A DNA stretch of 64,000 nt from Methanobacterium sp. PtaU1.Bin097 (GTDB taxonomy: Archaea; Methanobacteriota; Methanobacteria; Methanobacteriales; Methanobacteriaceae), in assembly GCA_002067325.1 (NCBI GenBank), contig MVQY01000037.1:3343-67342 (forward strand), read 5' to 3'. This document shows positions 10,736 through 18,464 of this stretch, one piece after another. The notes beneath the pieces are model-generated. The model saw only the letters and a program-made list of their open reading frames with translations. It made no database searches and was not told where the DNA came from. Each line of letters starts with the position of its first letter. Positions within the stretch are counted from its first letter, which is position 1. The position numbers and the translations under genes are program-made.

Positions 10736-11104
10736 TTATACCGATTTCCTGTTTAATAATCCGCCGATAGCACCGCCGATAGCGCCTACTATTGCGTATG
10801 CGACGATAATGATTATGATGGCAATGACACCAGTGGTAATTCCAAGTGCAGCTCCAGCAGTGATAGTAACTAGGGTACTTCCAATTAAAGCTGCTATAAT
10901 GGCTACGATGATTCCACCCAGAATTGCTGTTAAAGCTCCATGAAGTGCACCATTAGATGGGCCGCCACCGGCCAGATAACCTGTAATAATAGTGGCAATA
11001 AAGAATCCTATGGAGCTTGCGATATTTCCGACGAATATTCCCAGGAGTAAACCTAAAACGATTGTTAAAATGAAACCGATGATGACTGCTTTCCAATCGA
11101 CCAT
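10736..11104 (-). CDS. glycine-zipper small membrane protein, paralog 2
   Basis: MVDWK start with the same GGGGGTGAAAAT leader as paralog 1. Collinear similarity over the full length. Upstream and downstream flanks are also duplicated. Confidence 0.7.
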   Translation of the reverse strand: MVDWKAVIIGFILTIVLGLLLGIFVGNIASSIGFFIATIITGYLAGGGPSNGALHGALTAILGGIIVAIIAALIGSTLVTITAGAALGITTGVIAIIIIIVAYAIVGAIGGAIGGLLNRKSV

Positions 11105-11269
11105 ATTTTCACCCCCTTTTAAATTGTTACCAAATAAAAACCTTCAGTTTTAATTTTATTATTTATCACAATACTTATCCTTTGCCTTTGGTTTTTTAAA
11201 AATTAACTATTAAAATCGTAATAAGTTACAAATAATCAGAGTAGATCAACTATTATTGGGAAATAAACC

Positions 11270-12133
11270 TTATTTCCCAATAAAATCAGCAATCAAGGGA
11301 GCAACAGAGATGGTACTTGCATCTGACTGTAGTGTGTCGGTGGCGATGACATCATCTACACCTGAAGCGAATATTCTAAGCAGTGCATCTTCCACTAGGA
11401 CGGGGTGGACGCAGGACACCACTATTTTACTTGCGCCGTGTTGACGTAGGATATGGGAGGCGTTTATTATGGTTCCCCCGGTGCTTATTATATCGTCTAT
11501 TATCACCGCTTCCCTACCCTGGACATCCAGATCCTTGGTTCTAGTTTCCACCTTATCTGGTAATATGCGGGTTTTTTCCAGATGGTCCGAGTCACATCCC
11601 AGTATACCGGCTATTTCACTGGCAAATCCCAGGGCACCCTTATCTGGAGCAACTATCACTGGATCATCTAAATGTTCCTCTATATATTCAGCGATGAGGG
11701 GCATGGCAGATAGGTTGTGGGCTGGGATGTTGAACAGGTTACGCAGTCCGTCTTCGTGGAGGTTGATGGAGAAAATCTCAGAAGCCCCGCACGCTTCCAG
11801 GAGTTCAGATACCACCTGGGCAGAGATGGCCTCCCCTGTTTTGAAACGTTTTTCCTGTCTTGCGTAACCGAAGTAGGGTATTACCACCTTTATGTTTTCT
11901 ACGTCTAAACTTTTAAGGGTTTTGAGGATTAAAAATAGTTCTAGTAGGTTCTGGTCCTGAGGATATCCAGTTGACTGGATGACTACTGCATCTGATTCCA
12001 GGTTACCTCCTATTCTAATGTATCGTTCACCGTCAGGAAATTTTCTGGTCTCCAGGGGGCATAATGTTTCGTCTAGTTCTTTTGAAATTAATGCCGCCAG
12101 TTTCTGAGATGCAGATCCTCCTATTATCATCAA
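11270..12133 (-). CDS. prs: ribose-phosphate pyrophosphokinase
   Basis: 287 aa. Archaeal Prs layout with PRPP-binding loop VIIDDIISTGGT and FPDGE motif. Confidence 0.9.
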   Translation of the reverse strand: MMIIGGSASQKLAALISKELDETLCPLETRKFPDGERYIRIGGNLESDAVVIQSTGYPQDQNLLELFLILKTLKSLDVENIKVVIPYFGYARQEKRFKTGEAISAQVVSELLEACGASEIFSINLHEDGLRNLFNIPAHNLSAMPLIAEYIEEHLDDPVIVAPDKGALGFASEIAGILGCDSDHLEKTRILPDKVETRTKDLDVQGREAVIIDDIISTGGTIINASHILRQHGASKIVVSCVHPVLVEDALLRIFASGVDDVIATDTLQSDASTISVAPLIADFIGK

Positions 12134-12194
12134 TATACATCACCAACATTTTTTATGAGTATGGATATTTAATGGAAAATACTTTAATAAACTT

Positions 12195-12344
12195 TTATAT
12201 GGACACATTCAATTCCTTTAAAAGCTTGTCGCGTTCTTCCTTCAATTTTTTTAGAAGTTCTTTATCACAGTTTTCATCTTTCTCCATGAAGGCTATACTA
12301 TGGGTTATTGCTTCTAAATTTGCTTCCTTTATATTTACTGACAT
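12195..12344 (-). CDS. possible 49-aa coiled-coil protein (not in ORF track)
   Basis: ATG at 12344 is preceded by a GGGGAT RBS. MSVNIKEANLEAITHSIAFMEKDENCDKELLKKLKEERDKLLKELNVSI. No family recognised. Confidence 0.35.
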   Translation of the reverse strand: MSVNIKEANLEAITHSIAFMEKDENCDKELLKKLKEERDKLLKELNVSI

Positions 12345-12590
12345 TTTTTATCCCCTACTCTGCCGTTAAGAAATCAAAAATTTCTACAGTAGAAATACGT
12401 TCCAGATTAACTTCTCATTATTAAACTCTGCTTAAACATCTATAAAAAGTATTTTCTTTTTCTTTTTATAGCATATCTAATTTAAAGAAAAATTCACTGT
12501 TCATGTTTTGTTTAAAGTTAAATAGAAACATTTTTTAAGGCATATTGACATAAAAATAAATATTAAAATAAGTAAGAGGAGGTGTAAGGT

Positions 12591-13070
12591 ATGGCAAAAA
12601 CTTCAACCGGTATATTGTTGATAATTTTGGGTTTAATTGTTTTGGCCCTCCCACTAGCAGGATTAATTGCCGTGAGTTGGCTCACAGGCTTTGCTCTTGC
12701 CCTTTTGGGAATTGGACTTTTAATATTCGGATACGGTGACACCAAAGAAAGCACTGCTCTAGGCGTAATAGAGATTATCCTGGGAATAATAGCCATAATA
12801 TTTGGTATTGGATTTATAGTCTCTCCTGCATTATTCGCCTTTGTAGCCGGATTCTTGATATATCTCGCTGGTATTTTCCTAGTTATAGTCGGTCTGATCG
12901 CCATATTCGCTGCAGCAGGCGCCAGATGGAACGGAGTAGTAACCCTGATAATCGGTCTCATATACCTGATACTGGGATACTTCGTATCAGATCCATTCTA
13001 TCTCGGCGTATTAATCGGTCTCTGGCTGCTCATCGTGGGAATAATGAACGTACTCCAGAAGGAAGACTAA
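12591..13070 (+). CDS. DUF308/HdeD-like membrane protein
   Basis: 159 aa made of repeated ~20-aa hydrophobic hairpins (GILLIILGLIVLALP...). GAGGAGGTG RBS. Confidence 0.65.
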   Translation: MAKTSTGILLIILGLIVLALPLAGLIAVSWLTGFALALLGIGLLIFGYGDTKESTALGVIEIILGIIAIIFGIGFIVSPALFAFVAGFLIYLAGIFLVIVGLIAIFAAAGARWNGVVTLIIGLIYLILGYFVSDPFYLGVLIGLWLLIVGIMNVLQKED

Positions 13071-13210
13071 GACCATCATTTTTTTCTTTCTTTTTTTGAA
13101 TAATGAAATAATGAAATTTGAATTTTCCTAGTTTCTCCGAGTTAAGGGATAATGTTTTTATTCAAGCTTATCACTATTTAATACATCATAGAAGATAAGA
13201 AGGTGGCCTG

Positions 13211-13582
13211 ATGCACGAATTATCCATGGCTGATGCCATAGTGAAGACCGTACTGGATGTTGCAGAGAAAAATCAAGCAGAAGAAATACTGGAAGTAACC
13301 ATCGAGGTAGGCAAACTCACCATGCTCAATCCTGAGCAATTAAGATTCCTTTTAGATGTTTTAAAAGAAAACACGTTACTGGAAGGGGCTGAAATAATAA
13401 TAGAAGAGATACCAGTGGAAATTAAATGTCTCTCCTGTGGTTATGCTGGATCGACCAATCTTAATGATTCTGATCACTATTTGATGATAGTCAAATGTCC
13501 GGAGTGTGATGAAAGAAACCTGGAGATAGTTACTGGACAAGAATGTAACGTAAAAAACATCCGTATTGAAAAGCCTGAATAA
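13211..13582 (+). CDS. hypA: hydrogenase nickel-incorporation protein HypA
   Basis: MHE N-terminal Ni-binding motif. Zn-ribbon CxxC...CxxC (CLSCG...CPECD). Confidence 0.9.
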   Translation: MHELSMADAIVKTVLDVAEKNQAEEILEVTIEVGKLTMLNPEQLRFLLDVLKENTLLEGAEIIIEEIPVEIKCLSCGYAGSTNLNDSDHYLMIVKCPECDERNLEIVTGQECNVKNIRIEKPE

Positions 13583-13658
13583 AAAATATAAATTCCAAAA
13601 TTCTAATAATCCAAATATTATAAATTCTGATAGTTCCAATATTGTAAAATTCTAATAA
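13571..13658. repeat. about 4-unit degenerate tandem array (~25-bp period) starting in the last codons of hypA
   Basis: AAGCCTGAATAA (13571, includes the stop), AAATTCTAATAA (13598), AAATTCTGATAG (13622), AAATTCTAATAA (13647). Each of the last three is preceded by a TCCAA(A)(A/T)ATT segment. Confidence 0.75.
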
Positions 13659-13702
13659 AATTGATTTTAAAAAATATTACCAAACTTTGGAAGTGAATAG
13701 AT

Positions 13703-14362
13703 ATGCATAAAATCGCAGATGTAGAGATACAGCACGACATAATGGTGGCCAATAAAAAGCTCGCCCAGAGAAATCAGAGAATCCTAGATAAAGCCAACGT
13801 ATTTTCAGTGGATGTTTTAGGAGCCATAGGCTCAGGTAAAACATCACTCATCGAACTTTTAATAAAAAAATCTGATGAAAAGATAGGTGTCATAGCCGGT
13901 GACGTCATCAGCAAATTCGACGCCGGCCGGTTCCAGCAATATGACATACCAGTGGTAGGCTTAAACACTGGTAAAGAATGCCACCTGGACGCCCATCTGG
14001 TGGAACACGCCATAGAAGACATGCCTTTGGACGAAATAGACACACTCTATATTGAAAACGTGGGAAACCTCATCTGTCCCGTTGACTTCGACTTAGGAAG
14101 CCACATGCGCATGGTGGTGATCAGTGTCAGTGAGGGAGACGACACCGTGGAAAAACACCCCCTGATCTTCAAGGACGCCGACCTGATAGTCATAAACAAG
14201 ATAGACATCGCAGATGCAGTGGGTGCAGACGCGGAAAAGATGGTAAAAGATGCTAAATACCTAAACCCTGATGTTAAAATAATAAAAAGCAGCCTTAAAA
14301 CAGAAGAAGGATTGAATGAGATCATTAAGGCAATAAAAGATTTCAGAGATAGCATCAACTAG
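13703..14362 (+). CDS. hypB: hydrogenase nickel-incorporation GTPase HypB
   Basis: P-loop GAIGSGKTS, ENVGNLICP metal-binding CP motif, NKID guanine-specificity motif. Confidence 0.92.
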   Translation: MHKIADVEIQHDIMVANKKLAQRNQRILDKANVFSVDVLGAIGSGKTSLIELLIKKSDEKIGVIAGDVISKFDAGRFQQYDIPVVGLNTGKECHLDAHLVEHAIEDMPLDEIDTLYIENVGNLICPVDFDLGSHMRMVVISVSEGDDTVEKHPLIFKDADLIVINKIDIADAVGADAEKMVKDAKYLNPDVKIIKSSLKTEEGLNEIIKAIKDFRDSIN

Positions 14363-14486
14363 TTTAGATTAAAATTATCTACTGGGTTTGATTAAAGATC
14401 GACTAGATCTTCTAATTAAACATCACTAGATATGTTAAAACATTCAACTACATCTGATTGAAAACATCGCCTGGATCGAATTAATT
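14351..14486. repeat. 6-unit degenerate tandem array (period 21-24 bp) whose first unit is the hypB 3' end and stop codon
   Basis: Anchors: ATCAACTAG (14354, contains the stop), ATCTACTGG (14377), ATCGACTAG (14398), ATCACTAG (14422), TTCAACTAC (14443), ATCGCCTGG (14466). Each is followed by a ...GATTAAA-like tail. Confidence 0.85.
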
Positions 14487-14513
14487 TACTTAATACAATA
14501 TATTGGTGATTCA

Positions 14514-15539
14514 TTGAAAGTATGGATAGACATAGTAAACGCGCCGCATGTTTGGTTTTTCAAGAACATAATAAAATATCTGGAAGATGAGGGTGAAGAG
14601 GTGTTCATCACCGCCCGTAAGTTTGGTGATGTCCATCAGCTTATGGACTTATTTGATCTCCCCTACACTTCGGTGGGCAGGCACGGTGCCACCCTGGAAC
14701 AGAAGCTTCTGCGGAGCACAGAAAGGGTTTACAACCTATCGAAGATCATCGAAAAAGAAAAACCAGATGTAGCGGTGTCTAAACATTCAATTGAACTTCC
14801 CAGGGTGTCTTTCGGACTTAAAATACCCAGTGTGTATGTGCTGGATAATGAACATGCCATAGCAGCAAACAGGCTCACACTACCCCTCTGTAATAAGATT
14901 GTAGTACCAAAGGCCATGAGCGTATGGGATGTGCTGAAAATCGGTGCAGATCCCAATGCACTGGTACGTTACAATGGAACATCGGAGGTTATACACTTCG
15001 TGGATTTCCAGTATAACCCAAACATCTTCGAAGATTTGAATTTGGATTTAAATAAGGATAAGACCATACTGATGAGGCCGGAACCCGCCCTGGCATCCTA
15101 CCTTGACGCTGACTGCCATGAATCTGTCTTGTCTCCAATCGTGGAAAATATTGGGGAATATGCAAATATCCTGGTCATCCCCCGATTTAAACAACAGCAG
15201 GAAATATTCGCTGGCAACGAGAATGTAACCATAATCAAACCACCAGTGGACACATTCAGTCTGATGAAAAGATGTGATCTGGTGATTGGTGCGGGAGGTA
15301 CCATGAACCGGGAGGCAGCCCTTTTAGGAACCCCAGTCATATCCTGTTACCCCGGGAAATTACTCGCCGTGGATGGATTCTACATTGAAAAAGATCTTAT
15401 GAAGAGATCACAGGACATAGGCGAAATAGTTGACCTGGCACTGGAACTCATGATGGAACATAAGGTAAAAAAACAGCTTAAAACCGATGATCTTCTCCAG
15501 ATCATGATAGATAATATATATGGTGCGGTGGAAGGTTAA
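14514..15539 (+). CDS. DUF354 family protein (GT-B/epimerase-like fold, function unknown)
   Basis: 341 aa. N-terminus KVWIDIVNAPHVWFFKNII is typical of DUF354 as I remember it. TTG start with GGTGAT RBS. Confidence 0.65.
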   Translation: MKVWIDIVNAPHVWFFKNIIKYLEDEGEEVFITARKFGDVHQLMDLFDLPYTSVGRHGATLEQKLLRSTERVYNLSKIIEKEKPDVAVSKHSIELPRVSFGLKIPSVYVLDNEHAIAANRLTLPLCNKIVVPKAMSVWDVLKIGADPNALVRYNGTSEVIHFVDFQYNPNIFEDLNLDLNKDKTILMRPEPALASYLDADCHESVLSPIVENIGEYANILVIPRFKQQQEIFAGNENVTIIKPPVDTFSLMKRCDLVIGAGGTMNREAALLGTPVISCYPGKLLAVDGFYIEKDLMKRSQDIGEIVDLALELMMEHKVKKQLKTDDLLQIMIDNIYGAVEG

Positions 15540-15598
15540 TCCTACTTACCTGTAAAGTTAATCCCACCTGATTTAAAGTTAATCCTATTTGATTTAAA
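15535..15598. repeat. 3 x 21-22-nt tandem array beginning at the stop codon of the DUF354 gene
   Basis: GTTAATCCTACTTACCTGTAAA (15535-15556, contains TAA stop 15537-15539), GTTAATCCCACCTGATTTAAA (15557-15577), GTTAATCCTATTTGATTTAAA (15578-15598). Confidence 0.9.
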
Positions 15599-15640
15599 AA
15601 ATTGTCTAACTCTTATCCATTTAATTTGAAAAAATAAGGA

Positions 15641-15715
<75 letters not shown>

Positions 15716-15734
15716 TATACAAGATTATATACAA

Positions 15735-15745
15735 TTATATTTAAA
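15735..15745 (-). promoter_or_regulatory. candidate TATA box for tRNA-Ala
   Basis: The minus strand reads TTTAAATATAA, centred about 26 nt upstream of tRNA position 1. This is typical archaeal promoter spacing. Confidence 0.5.
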
Positions 15746-15820
15746 TGTAATGCATCGGTTTTAAATGTAACGTACCTGTAACAATTCTAGATAAAATTGA
15801 ACCTGAAACCTGGTATAAAC

Positions 15821-16312
15821 ATGAATAAATATAATATCAGAAATGCTGTAGAAGAGGACTTCCTGTCCATTGCAGAAATTGCGGCATACTGCCCTCCCAT
15901 GGTTACTGAGAGGAATTCCATCTACCATATCTTTACTAAATTCTTTAGAACCACATCCTTGGTTATTGAACATGAAAATAAAAAGATCATAGGCTTTTTA
16001 CTGGGATTCATATCCCAGGACGATCCTCAGGAAGGATACATACATCTCCTATGTGTAATGCCTCCGTGGAGAAATAAGGGCCTGGCCAAGGGCCTTGTAG
16101 AGGAATTTCTGGATATCTTAAGGAAAGAGGGATGCCAGAGGGTTCATCTTATAACCAGCCCTGGAAATAAGAAGGCGCTGAGCTTCTATGAGAAAATGGA
16201 ATTTAAAATCAGTAATGAAGGAGAAGAAATAGTAATAAATGGTGTTAAAACCAGTAAAAATTATAATGGACCCGGAGAGCATAAATTGATATGTACTAAA
16301 CTACTAGATTAA
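15821..16312 (+). CDS. GNAT family N-acetyltransferase
   Basis: Acetyl-CoA binding motif A (LCVMPPWRNKGLAKGL). ATG at 15821 is preferred over the upstream in-frame TTG in the track. Confidence 0.8.
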   Translation: MNKYNIRNAVEEDFLSIAEIAAYCPPMVTERNSIYHIFTKFFRTTSLVIEHENKKIIGFLLGFISQDDPQEGYIHLLCVMPPWRNKGLAKGLVEEFLDILRKEGCQRVHLITSPGNKKALSFYEKMEFKISNEGEEIVINGVKTSKNYNGPGEHKLICTKLLD

Positions 16313-16425
16313 CTGGGGCTTATAGTTATATTTAAGAGGAAAAAAATTAAATAGATAAATTCTAAAATTATATTCTTAAAATCTTACATTAAAATTCTTA
16401 AAACTTTCAAAATAGGGAGAATTCA

Positions 16426-17508
16426 ATGCCTTTAATCGCTCAAAATCATTTACAACTCATTATAGAATTTGGATTGATGCTACTACTGGGTGTCAGTTTC
16501 TTAATTAACATAGTACCCTTATCATTAAGTGCAGTGTTGCTGGGTGGCCTGCTTGTCAGCATAGGAATGGTAGTCCTATTTGGATTCGATGCATTTTCAC
16601 TATTACTGCCCGGTATCGGTATCCACGAGTTCACCCACCCTTACGGGGCTATCGCCCTGTTTTCAGTTGTCACTTCCCTGGCTGCAATTTATATAATGGA
16701 TGATGTGGGAATAAACACCAGGAGCCTTAAGACATTCTTAATAATGATCATCCTGGCCATCACCTTATTTGGAGGGATGATGCACCGGGATTTCCTTCTC
16801 ATGTGGATTGTGGGACTGTTCATAGCATTCTTCGTGCTATCTAAAACCTTCCGACGTAAATCAGTGTTAACCGTTAAAAGGGTGATCATGGTAGGGGTTG
16901 TGGTGCTGGTTGCCTTCGGTTTCATGGAAGTTCTATCCAGATTACTGAGCATGCCCATAATAAGCCCCATCTCCAGGATAGAGAGAATCCTGGACAACTC
17001 ACTGCCCAGCATAAAGATGGTAATACAGAACACCTATCTAATAGGACACAACCCCGCCACGTCCTTTTGGGGGGCTGAATCATCCGGATTTTCCGATGGA
17101 TACATAACCCTTCCCATAAGTTTAATAACCACCTTCGGATTAGCTTTACCCGTATTTTACGGGGTCCTGACCAATCAGAAGGATGTGATAGATTATTTCA
17201 CATCAGGAATTTTTGCCTGGGGCTATGAATTTGGTTATATCATCCTCATCCTGGTTCTACTAGCCGTTCTGGGTGTAATAATTATAGGGCTTAAAATAAT
17301 GAAGGTCTACAAGGAGAAAAGGGAAAGAGGAAATAAAACATTACTGGGTAGAGAGGCACTGTTGATTGGTTCTTTAACCGCCTTTATGGGCCAGGCCTGG
17401 GCAGGATTTTTCATAATCAACCGTGATATAAATGGAACGGCACTGGTAACCTTTTTATTCCTGGGTGCTATGGTACTGGGACATGTGTTGATGGTTAAAA
17501 AGAGTTGA
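16426..17508 (+). CDS. polytopic membrane protein, unclassified
   Basis: 360 aa, about 10 TM helices, with one larger hydrophilic loop (ISRIERILDNSLPSIKMVIQNTYLIGHNPATSFWGAESSGFSDGYI). No family recognised with confidence. Confidence 0.6.
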   Translation: MPLIAQNHLQLIIEFGLMLLLGVSFLINIVPLSLSAVLLGGLLVSIGMVVLFGFDAFSLLLPGIGIHEFTHPYGAIALFSVVTSLAAIYIMDDVGINTRSLKTFLIMIILAITLFGGMMHRDFLLMWIVGLFIAFFVLSKTFRRKSVLTVKRVIMVGVVVLVAFGFMEVLSRLLSMPIISPISRIERILDNSLPSIKMVIQNTYLIGHNPATSFWGAESSGFSDGYITLPISLITTFGLALPVFYGVLTNQKDVIDYFTSGIFAWGYEFGYIILILVLLAVLGVIIIGLKIMKVYKEKRERGNKTLLGREALLIGSLTAFMGQAWAGFFIINRDINGTALVTFLFLGAMVLGHVLMVKKS

Positions 17509-17529
17509 CAGCTCAAGGAGAGTGTTAAA

Positions 17530-17991
17530 TTGAAAAAAGCTTTAGTTTTACTGGGATGCCCGGAGGCCCCATCTCAAAACCCCATGGCAGTGTATTCTGT
17601 GTATAAACTTACCAGTCTGGGCTACCAGGTTACCGTGGCCAGTACTCCATCGGCTCTGAAGCTTTTAGAGGTTTCAGATCCCGAGGAATTTTATGTAAAA
17701 AATAAAATCGACATAGAAACATGTCTGGAGAATTTAGAGGAAGGATCCTTTGATTTACTGGTAGGATTCGTGCATAAGGATGCTGCAGTTTCCTATTTCG
17801 TAACATTCTACCATATCCTGAACACCAATTCCATTGCAGTGGTCTTTGAAAAGGATCCCGAACTACTGGAAAATTACGTAGAATCAATAACAGGAAGTAC
17901 AAATGCTACCATAGTATCAGCCAGGGCATACCATAACCCCACACCCATAAGAGTTAAATTTGACAGGGCACTGAAGAAATTGGAGGATTAA
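17530..17991 (+). CDS. methanogen-specific conserved protein (DUF1890-like)
   Basis: 153 aa. Flavodoxin-like start KKALVLLGCPE. Position upstream of the metE-thyA-mch cluster matches the M. thermautotrophicus MTH777 neighbourhood as I recall it (unverified). Confidence 0.55.
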   Translation: MKKALVLLGCPEAPSQNPMAVYSVYKLTSLGYQVTVASTPSALKLLEVSDPEEFYVKNKIDIETCLENLEEGSFDLLVGFVHKDAAVSYFVTFYHILNTNSIAVVFEKDPELLENYVESITGSTNATIVSARAYHNPTPIRVKFDRALKKLED

Positions 17992-17993
17992 CA

Positions 17994-18302
17994 GTGACTT
18001 TTTGCTTGGAAACGTACCTGCAGGAATCTGAAAATTACGAAATACTCATCTCTAGAGCGGGGTTTAAAGATTGTATAGAGGTTATAGAAGACCACGCTCC
18101 AGAAACCATCCATGTAAAGCCGGGGGAAAAAATATTGGGTGTAAGAATAATAGGAATTCCCCCTATAACCATAGGAATAGATGAAAAAAAGGGTACCATA
18201 ACCCTGCCTTATACTAAACCGTGTTATGGTACGGCGGTGGTTGAATTACCAGTGGATAAAGAGGAAATAGTTAATATTAAAGCGTTGGATATTAAAGAGT
18301 AA
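17994..18302 (+). CDS. methanogen-specific conserved protein (DUF1894-like)
   Basis: 102 aa. GTG start with GGAGG RBS, 2 nt after the preceding stop. Family name is from memory of DUF1890/DUF1894 adjacency. Confidence 0.5.
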   Translation: MTFCLETYLQESENYEILISRAGFKDCIEVIEDHAPETIHVKPGEKILGVRIIGIPPITIGIDEKKGTITLPYTKPCYGTAVVELPVDKEEIVNIKALDIKE

Positions 18303-18464
18303 GAGATTCTTTAAACTAAAATTCCTTTTTTAATTAATTAGTTCAAATTCCCAATTTTTTTTTAATCATAAAAATTATTTATTCTAAAATCCTAACATAT
18401 TTTAAACTGAAAATTCAACCAAATTTCTGAATTTAAAAGAACCAATTTAAATCCGGTAATAAAA

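Noticed and set aside
10204-10943. Plus-strand ORFs with APPIAP-type repeats (10204-10401, 10689-10943).
   Set aside because: They are the antisense reading of the Gly/Ala/Ile-rich paralog genes (GGx codons read as xCC Pro/Ala). They are not independent genes.
12064-12369. 101-aa plus-strand ORF downstream of prs.
   Set aside because: It overlaps the prs 5' end in antisense, has no RBS and gives a Phe/Ser/Leu-rich sequence. The small minus-strand ORF with an RBS is more plausible.
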